From NCBI GenBank assembly GCA_023213395.1, contig CM041465.1, forward strand, positions 126,425,741 to 126,489,740: a stretch of 64,000 nt of DNA, written 5' to 3'. The stretch comes from Cycas panzhihuaensis. Taxonomy: Eukaryota > Plantae > Cycadophyta. Shown piece by piece: positions 27,907-39,864 of the stretch. The notes under the pieces were generated by a model. That model saw nothing but the letters and a program-made list of their open reading frames with translations. It did no database searches and was not told the origin of the DNA. The stretch's first letter is position 1; every line of letters begins with the position of its first letter. Position numbers and translations under genes: made by a program.

Positions 27907-28395
27907 CTTAGAAGGAAAATTTTCTCGTTAGTGCTTTTCTGTTAGGCAAGCCCCACATATGTTGTTGTACCTCTTAATTTTATGTAAAGCATGTACCATT
28001 TGGAGCTTAAATATGAGGTCCAAGATTTGCATGTTTTAAAAGACTCAGGCATTAATTCCATAGGTATACTTTGTGGAGCTATCTGAGATGACATTTTCCT
28101 TTCAATATGAGAATTCACCGGGTTCTTATATACAACGGGATTCTTCATTAACGACTTCATTTACCTTATCAATTTGAGCTATGTTGGGCATTGAACAAGC
28201 TTCATTTTATGGAGTAGTTGTAATGGGGATACCACCCGACCTATATAGGCCACCATCTTCATGTCTTGTGGCCAGAGGTTTGCATGTTGCATGATCTGCG
28301 ATTCTACTAATGCCCTAGCCAAAGAGGATATCTAAATGATGTTTGTTTATTTCCTTGATAGAGAGCAAGTTCGTCTCCATTTCGGGTGCAAGGAA
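27907..28395 (-). mobile_element. More diverged copia fragment (GAG-pre-integrase/protease region)
   Basis: Homologous to monomer positions ~620-1105 but with many private substitutions; bounded by deletion junctions. Confidence 0.8.
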
Positions 28396-28802
28396 ATGAT
28401 CACCTCTCTAATCTAATGATTAAATCTAGGTTCGAAAAAAGTGATCTGCGTTGTTTGTAAAAGAATAAGGACCTTGACATATTATGTATCTTGATTTATT
28501 TTGTATATGCAAGAAAATAATTTATATCTTTTTGTCGTTTAGGAGATTAGAGTCAAATAATTATTGTTCAACTAATTTCTAGGCGTGGCGTTGATGTACT
28601 CTAAAGGCAATTCATTATTTTGAATCAAATAAGAAAAATCATGACAAAAAACAATTAAATTTAAGAGACGAAATGTTTACCAGACGAATAAAGAGCGTAG
28701 AAGCCGTTTTCTTTCATTGCGTTTAGACGTCACTAATATTGACAACACAACGTAGACGACGCACTATCAGGAGCGAATGATTCCCAGGGATTACATCTAC
28801 GT

Positions 28803-29974
28803 TCATTTTAGTTTGAAGAAGTGGTGGTTCAAAGCTTCGTTAGCGGAAAGACGCTCCCTTGGGTCAAACTTCAACAAACCACGAAGCAAATCAATGAGGG
28901 CTTCTGATGAGGGATCCCCATTTTGATTGACAAGATTCCGCAGGCGAGGCAATCTCTGGACTACTCGAACTCTGTCTCTGGATGCAGCCCCCCATGGCCA
29001 GTTGAGTTCCCTACCATTTCTAATGTACTCCCTTCCACAATCAGCAGCCCATTTTATCATATGTTGAGGAATTGGTCCCAATACCCGTTGCATCATTGCA
29101 AGGTGTTCCAAATCATCATCGGTCTGAAAAGGTCATTTCCACAGAATAATTCTGCCAAAACGCACCCAACACTCCACAAATCGATAGGATAACTCCATCC
29201 AACACCCATTACCACCTCAGGTGCTCGGTAACCTCTCGTGGTAACTACCTTGCGATGGTATTGGTTCTGGAATGTGGCATTACCAAAATTTATGAGTTTA
29301 ATTGCACTCGACGAGGGAATGCACTTATAACGATTCTTACGATCCAAAGAATTCTTGTCATATTCTGAGGAGACGAGAAGAATGTTATCAGGCTTTAGAT
29401 CAGTATGTGAGAGAGTGAGCTCATGAATGAATGCAACAGCCTCCAACAGCTGACGTGCGAATTCCCGAATCAGAACAACAGACAAGGGCCGATGATTGTT
29501 TCTACGTAATAAATCATATAAACTTGGTCTAAGCTTTTCACAAACAATGCACACATGGGCACCAAAATGAAACCAAGTCTTCAATTTCAGGCAGCCCCGG
29601 GATCCATTGGTATCAAACTCTGCTATCCTGCGAAGAATGTCAATTTCAGTCATAGCTGCAACACCATATTGCCATTCACTGCGGATAACCTTGATGGCTA
29701 CATGCTCTTGCTTTTCACCGTCCCAACAATCTAAAACTCTACCAAAAGTTCCTTCGCCCAGTTTGCTAATAATCCTGTACCGAGATGTTATGTTTTCTCC
29801 AACCTCAAACACGTAGTGCCCATCTTTGTTATCCGGTCGCCATGGATGGGACGCAACAGCATGTACATGGTTAGATCTCATCTCATCACGCTCCTTTTTC
29901 TTCCCGTTATTGGACCGTGACTCTTTAATACGACGACTTGTGGAAGGTTGTTTATAATAAACTGCGCTCTCCAT
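28803..29974 (-). CDS. Intronless LAMMER-family (plant AFC/CLK-like) protein kinase, probable retrocopy. Frameshifted as assembled at ~29127-29130; ~390 aa if one base is restored. Possible pseudokinase or pseudogene.
   Basis: ORF 29093-29974 has DGHYVF, LGEGTFGRV, VAIKVIR, HTDLKPDNILL, KLINFG and YRAPEV..G.GWSYP.D.WSVGC. ORF 28803-29111 has EHLAMMQRVLGP and LLKFDPRERLSANEALNH. Adding one T gives DLFQTDDDLEHLAMMQR, matching the family LFQTHxxLEHLAMMER. Confidence 0.9.
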
Positions 29975-30130
29975 ACCAAAACCTCTTCCAAGAGATCAAC
30001 CGAGCGATTATTTCAGCGTGTGTATCGAATTATTTTCGATCCTAGATACTTTGCAGAAATTATTGAACCGCACAATAACAGTACACACAAGTTAAAGCGC
30101 CTCCACACATACCGTACAGCTTCCTACTTA

Positions 30131-30138
30131 CTATATAT
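30131..30138 (-). promoter_or_regulatory. Candidate TATA box of the kinase
   Basis: Minus strand ATATATAG ~160 bp upstream of the ATG in a locally CG-rich, non-repeated region. Supported by position only. Confidence 0.3.
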
Positions 30139-30751
30139 GGATTCAGGTATGCGTGCGGCCGACTTATAGCTGAGGCGGCCCACAACACACAGAGACACCA
30201 TAGGCATGTCCTTATTCAGCACGTCTCTCTGCTCAGAACTCCTCCCCGTCCTCTTCCCTTAGGGAAGGATAGCATGGAGTAATTTTATTGGACGGCTATG
30301 CCCTTGCCAATACCTCTCGTCATCCCAAAAACTAGAACACTTTACAAAGAATCGCATCAAGGACACGACTAAGGAAACCGTCATAGCGCATGTGAAACTG
30401 AGTCAACTCATTATCTTCTAAAGACGCTTCATACCATTAATGCTCTCATTTACTTAAAATAACGGTTCAAACTCCACCTTGCTCTGGAACCTTAGCTTAA
30501 ATCCTACCACCGTGTCTTCATTTCACAATTGTTGAAGGCACTTATTTCTAAAGGACATCCGATGTTGCCACTAGAATGTATCTATGATGATGGAAATGTA
30601 AGATAGAAGCCACAGCCGATAACGTGGTATCAAATGATAGCTTGCATACTCAAAATTAAGGCTCCCTTAAACATTATTAATGGAAATTAGAAAAGACTTG
30701 AAAAGTGCGTTAACGACAAGAACTCAAGCACAAACAAACCATAATAAATAC

Positions 30752-30869
30752 GAATAATGGAAAATAGAAAGAACTCAATCTATGGTTATTTGGAAATGCC
30801 ATTTATGGATGAATAATGGAAAATAGAAAGAACTCAATCTATGGTTATTTGGAAATGCCATTTATGGAT
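30752..30869. repeat. Perfect 59-bp direct tandem duplication
   Basis: GAATAATGGAAAATAG...CCATTTATGGAT at 30752-30810 and 30811-30869. Confidence 0.95.
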
Positions 30870-31305
30870 ACAACGTTTGATATGGGTTATGCTAGAAGGA
30901 TTACAGTGGGGTTTATCAGAGATGATGGAAACATGATATGAACCGTCATGAACAACCTCAATTCTCGCAAAAGTACCGTACAACAAGAATGAAATTTATC
31001 GATGCAAATTCATCATTAACTTTGTCAAAAAGAAAAATGAGTTCAATGGGGTAAAATAAAGAAAGAAAAATAGTTTGATCATATTTTAAATTAGGTTGCA
31101 TTTTGATATCTTCTAGATTGTTTAAGTCACGCAGGCTATCTTCACCAACCTTTTCTAGCTTAATGAGCCAAGTCTCAAATGCTATGCAATTCAAAAGTTG
31201 GTTGCAAATATCTAAATAAAGGGAATGAATTTTACTTTTAATGGGAATTATAGATTCTAGACCATAAACTAGAGAAGATGTGACAAATCCATTAGCTATC
31301 ATGAC
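30870..31305 (-). mobile_element. Old Ty3/gypsy (Tat-like) integrase C-terminal relic
   Basis: ORF 30958-31302: LVYGLESIIP...HSL...LEKVGED...LE...KYDQ...F...LIFLFD resembles the post-core LVYGxEAxxP...RLxxLExLDExR...YD...FxxGDLV pattern. Confidence 0.6.
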
Positions 31306-32170
31306 AATGGATCAATTGAGATATAAGGATGGATAAATTTAACAATGCTAATAATTTTTGTATTCGTGAATGATAGTTTTCAAGAGTGATAATCAAGAGA
31401 AGGGTGATACGAGACAATGTGAAAGGTAAGGTAGATACACGTGTTATATTTGGCAATGGAGCTATAAATGTTGAATATATTGTCATATAAATATGAGATG
31501 AGAATAATTGGTAGGGAAACAAGTTGGGGATGAGAAGTATATGGGCGGTGTAAGTGAACGCAATGAATGTGGGCACTTTAGAAATAGAGTCATGGAGTAT
31601 TAATTCAATGAGTATTAAGGGTTTTTTCATAAATATGATGATCTCGATACGCAAGTAGTGATTGTCTAGATGATGGTAAAAGAAATAATGTTAGGAGGTT
31701 AACCATAATCAAAGGTTATAAGAGAGTTAAATTCAAGAATGGTACGAACTTGTATATAATAATGGTTATTAAAATTGACATCTATAAAGACTAAACAAAA
31801 TGACAACTATTAGGTAATACAAGGTAATATGGTAGTCAGTAGCTAGGTGTGTGTAATGTTACTAGCAAGCGTAACATTATGGGAAGTAAAAGTGATAAGC
31901 ATGATGCAATGGTGCTATTTTAAGGCATTTACTTAGATACATACAATTACCTCATAATTCTATGGGGTTGGTAGGGAGTTAATGAACGATTGCATTGTAA
32001 GATCTCCATCAACGTGACTTAAACAATTTGCATAAACTTTTCACTATTTATATACACACATAAGCAAGGAAGTTAATAGAGATTACCTAAGAGTTATCAA
32101 AGTACAAAAACCTTTGCATGGGTCAAGGTTTAGAAATTGTTAAGGAACTCCTTGCAAAGGATGTCTCTAG

Positions 32171-32559
32171 TGTTGAATACTTCGGAATCTAAGAAATCAT
32201 GTGCTTTGATCAATATATTAAGTAAAATAATATAACTATGCAATAAAACGTGTGAAATAAATAAGCATAACTCAGATGGACAAAGTACGGGTGGATTTGC
32301 CACCACATAGAGATCTATTTGGGAGGATCTTCTACATTAATCATAATCCAATGTATAACACAATGGTGTGAGTCTTAATTTATAGTCAACTTGCCAATAC
32401 TTGAAAGATGCAATAGGCTCACTAAGCAACAAATAAGGCGGATCTGACTAGTTTATATAATAACATTAAATTATAACAAAGGGTCGCCTTAATATTATAC
32501 AATGTGCACAAATTATATGAAGTACAAGAAATGATGGGTGTTATTACATGGTTTTAACA
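32171..32559 (-). repeat. 3' LTR (389 bp) of the copia element
   Basis: Termini TGTTGAA...TTTAACA (6/7 inverted match). Preceded on the minus strand by purine tract AAGGGATGG right after RNase H. Internal CTATAAAT at 32378-32385. No partner LTR in the window. Confidence 0.7.
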
Positions 32560-35500
32560 CCATCCCTTAATAGGAGCTTCATTTCTTCTGATACCGAGGT
32601 CATGTCTAAACCGTTTAAACTTTGATTTACTAAGAGCTTTGGTGAAGATGTCCACAACCTGGTCCTCAGTTGGATGATAGACGAAATTAGCTTCTCCGTT
32701 CTAGACATGTTCATGGATGAAGTGATGATGGATCTCAATGTATTCGGCTCTATCATGAAATACAGGATTCCATCTCTGATACACTTTGATTGTGGTAATC
32801 GAGGATGATGGGTGCATGTCGTTGAAGTCCAAGTTCAGTAAGAATGCTTTTAAGATAAATCAACTCAGTTGTATGATGGACAACTGCTTTATATTCTATT
32901 TTGATGGAGGAAATAGAAACACTTGGCTGCTTATTATAGCTCCACGAGATTACAACTAAATTTACGTCAAAATAATAACCTGAAGTTGAGTCGTGAGTAT
33001 CTTGGCAACTTGCCCAGTCAGCATCTGTATGTCCTTTTAGTATAGGGGGATTAGATTAGTTATAGTTAACGCCAAACTGATGTGTGCCATGGATATATCT
33101 GAGAATCCTAGTATAGGCTTTCTAATGATATACTTTTGGTTATGACATGTACCTAGAATAGATCTCTACTACATATAAAATATCCATACGAGTGTGGGTG
33201 AAATAGATGAGGTTTCCAACTAATTGTCGGTACAAAGTGGGATCAAAAGGCTTTCCTTGTTTATCTAGGTTTGGGTTAGTTCCTTTCTCCATAGGAATTT
33301 ATGCTGTTTTATATATTGTCATCCTAAATTTTTCTAAAAGCTCATTGGCATACTTTGTTTGAGTCAGGAAGATGTGTCTTAGTTCTTGTCAAACATAATG
33401 TTCAAGGAAGTAGTGGAGTAACCTACGATCTGTCATCTCAAAGTTACCTCTCAATTATGATTGAAGCCAAGCAAGGCCATCTGTGTCATTGTCAATGATT
33501 GCAAGATCATTTACATAGAGAACAACGATTGCGGTCAAATTATCTCTAGCCCGAATGTAGAGATCTAGGTCATAGGGTGAACAATTGAATCCGTGCTAGT
33601 TGAGGAAAGTACTCTTCACATCTATTTGCTAAATACGCCAATTAAATTAGATTGCTAAGGACATAACCAAATGGAGTGTGATCACATTAGCTACCAGTGC
33701 AAAGGTCTTGTCATAATCAATCCCCTCTTATTATTTAAAACCACTTGCTATAAGGCGAGCTTTGCGAGTGTCATATTTTGTAAGGCCTTTTAGCAATTAT
33801 GGGAGGAGGAACATCTATTAATAATTGTTATACCCATTAGGATTTAGTTGAATGCTAGTGGCTTCCACCTGAAGGTCATCAACTAAAATTAGAGGTAAAG
33901 TTATACTTTCTTGAGTTGTTGATGTAGATGCTACTGGAATCGATGAAGCAGCTGGAGTGTACGAGGAGGCTAGTATTGGTGGCTCCACAATTTGTCCAAG
34001 AGTCACTTAAGATGCATGAACTTCTTCTACTGCTATAATATAAGGTTGAGGTGGAGGTAGGTCCTATGAATCTTCTATAAATATTATATCCCGTGTTGCG
34101 TAAACTTGGTTCCCAACCATGTCAAACACTTTATAGGCTTTCCAACCAAGTACATAATTAAGGAAGATGCATTTCAGACTCTTGTCATCAAGCTTGTGTT
34201 TGTTTTCCTTTGAAATATGTTTATATTCCATGCATCCAAAGATCTTCACGGGGGCTACCAATGGTTTCTGACATGACCAAACTTCTTCAAGAGTAATATT
34301 CCTAACTACAATTCTGGGACTTATGTTGGTTAGATAAATAGTTATGGTTGTGGCATCAACCCAGGATCTGGTGGTAAGATTTGCAGCACTGAGCATTGCT
34401 TTTCCTTTATTTATCAATGCCTAATTCATTCTTTTAACCACACCATTTGGTTGAGGTGTGTGGGGAGCTGAGAACTGATGTTGGATGCCATGTTCCTTGC
34501 CCAAAATGTTGGACTGATTAGAAATATACTCGCCACCATTATCAGATCTAAGGAGCTTGATTATCATTCTACTTTTCTTTTCTATGGCAGCTTTGAACTC
34601 TTTGAATTTATTTAGGGTTTTATACTTATTTCTCAGGAGATAAACCTACATTTTCCTTGAGAAGTCATCTATGAATGTGATGAAATGCCAGCTTTTATTG
34701 AGTGGTTAGACAGGTACCAACCCGCGAATTTCTGGGTGGACCATCTCTAACGGCGCTGAGGATCTCCATGCGTTCTTAGAAGGAAAATTTTCTCGTTAGT
34801 GCTTTTCTATTAGGCAAGCCTCACATATGTTGTTGTACCTCTTAATTTTATGTAAACCATGTACCATTTGGAGCTTAAACATGAGGTCCAAGCTTTGCAT
34901 GTTTAAATGACTTAGGCATTAATTCCATAGGTATACTTTGGAGCCATTTGAGATGATAATTTCCTTTTAATATGAGAATTCACCTGGTTCTTATACAGGG
35001 GGACTCTTCATTAATGACTTCATTTACCTCATCAATTTGAGCTGTGTTGGGAATTGAACAAGCTTCATTTTATGGAGTAGTTGTAAGGGGGATACCACCC
35101 AACCTATATAGGCCACCATCTTCATATCTTATGGCCACAAGCTTGCACGTTGCATGATCTGCGATTCTACTAATGCCCTAGACAAAGAGGACATCTAAAT
35201 TCTGTTTGTTTATTTCATTGATAGAGAGCAAGTTCATCTCCATTTCAGGTGCAAGGAATATATTATTGATGTGGTGCCTCATATTGGAGTCCTTCAAAGC
35301 TATTGGAGCCCTACCAATTTTGGTCATTATCGTAAGCCAAATTATCCCCAAATGTGATAGTTTGAGTATCGACTGGGCAAGTCTCTTCTAACATCTTTTC
35401 TAATCCGATCATATATCTCCTTGCACCTGACTCAAGAAGCCATGCATCCTCATCAAGTTGTGCAGAAAGAGCTGTAAAAAATAGGTGATGGAAGGAGGAA

Positions 35501-36360
35501 TCCTAATTGTGTACCACATTACTTCCGTATTATTTATTATTATGCTAGTTTCTTTAATTTTTGATAGTGAATTACTGCTTATTTTGAGGTCTTTCTCCTT
35601 GAGCAGGTCTCAGATTCCAATTATGTTGGTAGAATTGGCCTTGTGGTTGGAATGATGACCCTTCTTATTGTTGAATAAGGCCTCTTTATTGGAAATATGG
35701 GCCTCCTTGTTACAAAATAAGACCTCGCTATTATGGAAACGGGGCTCTTTGTAGAAGGCACGATCCTCCTTAGTAATATCCTTGTCTGTATTAAGAGTAA
35801 CTAGGACCTCTTTATTAATATGAGGGTGGTCCTTATTAGTAGGTTAGGCCTAATCGTTGATAATAAGAGGTAGCTTATTAGAAGCGAGGCCCATATGATT
35901 GACTCAATTGATTTTACAAGAGTTGTGAATCAACTTGTCCTTACTTGCATTAACAGAAGTGTCTTTTTTTATCATAGTAGAGGCAACTGACATCTGGTCT
36001 AACCTATTAATTCTTTTAAAGTTGTGCATATGGCTGGTATTGAGACTGCCGATGCCAATGAGTTAGACGGGAGGAGGATGTGTTAATTGGTTATTACTTC
36101 TTTTAGGTTGGTTGTTGATATGGCTCTTGGGATATGGTCAGAGAATCTAAGTGTTGAGTTAGATCTTGGTGTTGACTAAGTTGTTGAGTTGATCTATTGA
36201 TAGTCTTACGCTTTTCTGAGTTATGGGTCAGAAGGTAGGAGCGGGGTTAGATATACATGTCGCCCCAAGTCAGTCAGTTGAGTATATTCTCCTCTTATAA
36301 CAAGAGTTCCTCGCAGGTTGTGAAGTCTATTTTGGAATAATTACCATTTAATTTGGAAAC
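32171..36360 (-). mobile_element. Longest copy of the decayed Ty1/copia element (gag C-term, PR, IN, RT, RNase H, 3' LTR)
   Basis: IVVLYVNDL (YVDD site, ~33500-33530), FEMTD, YRQLVGNLIY, TDADWASC.DT.DSTSGY, NPVFHDR..IEIHHHFI and EDQVVDIFTKAL. From 33601 it is collinear with the monomer copia part. Confidence 0.92.
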
Positions 36361-36928
36361 AAAGGAGTTATATTCTATAGGTAGGATGTCAATGATGCTA
36401 GAGATTAAATCATGGTTTGAAAGTGGTTCATTAAGGATTATAAGTTAGTTCCTAGTTATTTTGATTTTAATCAAGTGGTGTGCAACGCTGCCAAAAAATG
36501 TATACTTTTATCAAAACGTTATGAACTTAAAGAAGATAAGTCATGAAAATAAGATTAATTTTAGATTCACGTATTCATTATAGGGTGTACCCTATGCTTG
36601 GCACAAATAATTATACCCAACTAAGACATGGGAGAATATTATGAAGTAATTTAAGGAGATATTGTAAAAGTTTTTAAGTAATGAGGTAGTGGAGTTATCT
36701 CTCAAGGAAATGAGATAAAGGCTAGTAGAATTACTTTTAATACGATATGAAAAATAAATATTAAAGTTGTAAGTATTATGAATGGAGAAAAATCATGGAT
36801 TATAATAAGAGAAACTATTTTATAAATGGGCTAAATTCTAAAGTAAGGGCCATAATGGTGATTCATTCCTTGAAATGCTTCCATTTCACACATGAGTTGG
36901 TATTACACTTTGAGAAAGAGATGGGCAT

Positions 36929-39454
36929 TGGACGCCGCACACGGATAACCACTTTGACGATAAGCGCGGGGTAGTGATGGTGAAGAAACGGTATGAAGTG
37001 TAACCTACAAGGCTAGCAACTACCACGCAGGCGCCTGCGTGGAGCGAGTACGGGATCTGCAATGGAGTATGGCTACTACTGGGTGACCCTTCACCACCTT
37101 GGATAAAGAGGCGAAGGTACGTAAGAAGGCCCGAGTTGGCCCGAAAGCAGGACCCTCCCACCCTTGGGTGGCCAGAAGGGAGAGAGAAGGGACCTAGGAG
37201 GGCTAGGCCAAAAGCAACCCTACACAACCTAGCCGGGGACACGAACGACGCGGGAGGCGAGGTGCTCGTGCGGTTAGGGGGAAGGAAGGAAAAGTAGGGA
37301 TCAAGAAGGCTCCTACAACCTTTCCTACTGACAGTAAGGGGTGCATGCAAATGAAGTAAATACGTAACAAATAAACACAAGGTAATTTTCCTTTTAATCT
37401 TCAATGTCTTAATTACTAAGGAAGAAAAAGGAAAAGAACAAGAGTACGCAAGAGGAGGAAATGTGTACCTGGGCCAAGGGCGGCGAGGTGATGTAGCCCG
37501 ACAGGAGTACCCAACCGCCCACGCAACGCATGGGATGTGAGGCGAGTATGTAAGCGAGGGGCTTCCTTACCTTCCCGAAAATAAGTGCAATACCGAAGAA
37601 AGAAGGAAACGCTAACTAGGAAATGAGATAACGAAGTTGTAACACATGCAAGAGGCGCCACCGATAGAGAAATCAATCTGCAACGCTTCTCCGTAAGGCC
37701 TCAAATACCGCAAGTTTACAAAGATCTTCCTCCTCCCGAAGGAGGGTACTAACATGCAACGCACAAGGTCTAACAATATATATATATCAACATAAGTCGA
37801 ATCCAAATAGGCATGCATCAATGTTAGTCCAACGAGGAGGAAATCAAGGGAAAAATACTCTAAATAAAGTGGGACAACAAGGTAAGCTCTGAGTGGCTCA
37901 CCGCCCGCAATGGTGCCCAAACCTCTCCCCAAGAGCCACGGGCAGCGAGGAGAAAGTCAAGACTCAAGGCTAGAAAATAGTAGCAAAAGGGGCAAGAAAG
38001 ACCCAAAGACACCCACGGGAACCGGATGCTACGGGAGCAAACCGTAATCGGGGAGCAAAGGCAAAGCCACGAATGGTAGTTGAGAACTACGAATGATTCC
38101 CAAACCCGAGCAGGGGTCCCAAATCAGCGCAACTCGTGATGTCACCGGGTTTGGGCGACCTGGAGTCTCTAAGCCCTTGTTTAGATGGCCAAGTGCAACA
38201 TGAGGCGAGAGGGAAGCATTGGAGGGCTTGGAGCCACCGGGAGCGTGGAAGGTGGTACTAATCCACCCAGCCTCCTCTCCCAAAGCCTATGCAACCCCTC
38301 ACGCTTTGGACAAAGAACGCAGTAAGAGACAAGAGAAAGTGGGACAAGCCCTCACAAAGGAAAGAGGATCAAACTTCAAGCAACAAACATGAACAAATGA
38401 GCTGGAGCAAGGATATTGCAAAGAACTTAACAAAAAGTAAAGAGTACCTGGGAGGAAGAGGCAAGGGGCTTGCCTCAGCCAAAGGACAATGAAGGAGGGC
38501 CGAAAACCAGATCCGGAGCAGAAAGGTGTTTGAGGCCCCTACAGTATGATGGAGAACACTGCAAACGTAGGGGCTCATGGACCGCTGGATAGAGACCTAC
38601 TGAAACCGCTTCAAAGGAGCCCTCCAAGGCGCTGAGGGGTTGAGAGAATGTCTCAACCGAGTAGAAGGAGAGCCGGCACTGTATGAAGAGTGCAGGTCCG
38701 GCAAAGAAGAAAGCAGAAAGCAGCAGAGCAAGAGAGAGTTTTCTTGAGAGTCCCTTCCAAAAGTGAGTGAAAAAATCCAAAAAGTCCCAAAAGATGCTTT
38801 AGTACTTAAGCAAAACCCTAAAGTACGCGAATAGGCACCTACCGAAGGGAAAAAGGCGAACCACGTGGCGGTTCGCAATAATGCAAATTGCCACCATGGA
38901 TTTTAAAACAAACAGAGACAGTCAGTGCGGAAATTTTAGCAGATCGCGAATATTCCAGTGATGCAGAAAAATTCCAATGATCACGAAGATCACGGCATCT
39001 GCCAAGATTACGGCCAGATGCACCGGAGACAATGGGGCCCACCAAATGGTCCAGTCGGGGCAAACAAAAAGGCTAAATGACAACTAAAACACCCACCGGA
39101 GCAAACAAGCCAAGAAACGGGCCCACGGAGCGTAAATAGGCCCCCAAATGAGGTGGCAAGCTAACCAAGCGGCGATGAGGCATCACACGGGTGGAGGTGG
39201 CGCAAAACCCGTGGGTCCAGAGAGAGGAGGGCAGATGCGAAGTAATACGGTCCAAGGTGCCACACTCGCTAAGAGTGTGCCCCCGCTATAGTCGTCATAG
39301 GCTAAACATAGTGTGGACGACGACCGTGCCGCCCACAAAGTCATACGCATGCAAATATGTAAGGCATAATCAAGACACAAAAGTGACGATAATGCTAGAG
39401 ACATACCGCACTTACCCGAGTCGGTGATTAGATCCATTCCCGAAGCCGGAAACA
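36929..39454 (-). repeat. 3' LTR (2526 bp)
   Basis: TGGACGC...GCCGGAAACA, collinear with 45246-47733. Confidence 0.93.
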
Positions 39455-39864
39455 CCGCCTCGGCAAGAGAGCCTCGCCGCCGAAGCCCGATGCGATGGCG
39501 AATGCCGGCAACACAACCGCCAAGAGTACATGTGTATATAGATATATCAATCAAGATCGATCAAGAGGCAAGGGTGCCATGAGTGTCGTGGCGAACGCGT
39601 GGATACGAAGCGGTGGAGACAACATAGGGCCGCCATGAGCCACTGAAACCGATCGGGAGAAAGAGACAGTAGGGCCGCCCACCACAATGAATGCAAAGGA
39701 GCATGCAGACCACATGGGGAACAAATGGTGGGTACCATAGTTTTACCTCGTTAGCAATCCGATTCGGAGGTGCGAGCAAATCGCGGCGGAAGCGACCAAC
39801 CACCGAGGCTTGGGCGACGGAAGGCCAAGCAAGACTCGTGGACGGCCAGCAGGCGAGACAAAGG

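Larger units (their letters stand above)
1..27909. repeat. Left block of ~4.87-kb chimeric macrosatellite (complete and deleted monomers)
   Basis: Motif CTAA(A/G)GAAGATG recurs at 1, 4871, 11266, 13990, 18872, 20733 and 25595. Full periods are 4870, 4882 and 4862 bp. Near-identical short ORFs recur in the ORF track. Rearrangement junctions lie at ~8399, ~13493, ~19396 and ~27908. Confidence 0.97.

Noticed and set aside
1-27909. Tandem array of intact LTR retrotransposons sharing LTRs
   Set aside because: Short monomers contain no recognisable LTR, PBS or PPT. They are chimeric fragments that cannot retrotranspose as units.
28803-29974. Assigning a specific symbol (AFC1/2/3), or treating the kinase as TE-captured cargo
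   Set aside because: The protein is too diverged to assign orthology by eye. It lies outside the copia LTR, and no poly(A) or TSD could be identified.
31292-31654. 120-aa hydrophobic ORF as a membrane protein
   Set aside because: It is AT-biased decayed sequence adjoining a TE relic, with no recognisable motif.
39455-39475. Polypurine tract of the Tat element
   Set aside because: Only a weak GAGGCGG precedes the 3' LTR on the minus strand, which is not convincing enough to annotate.
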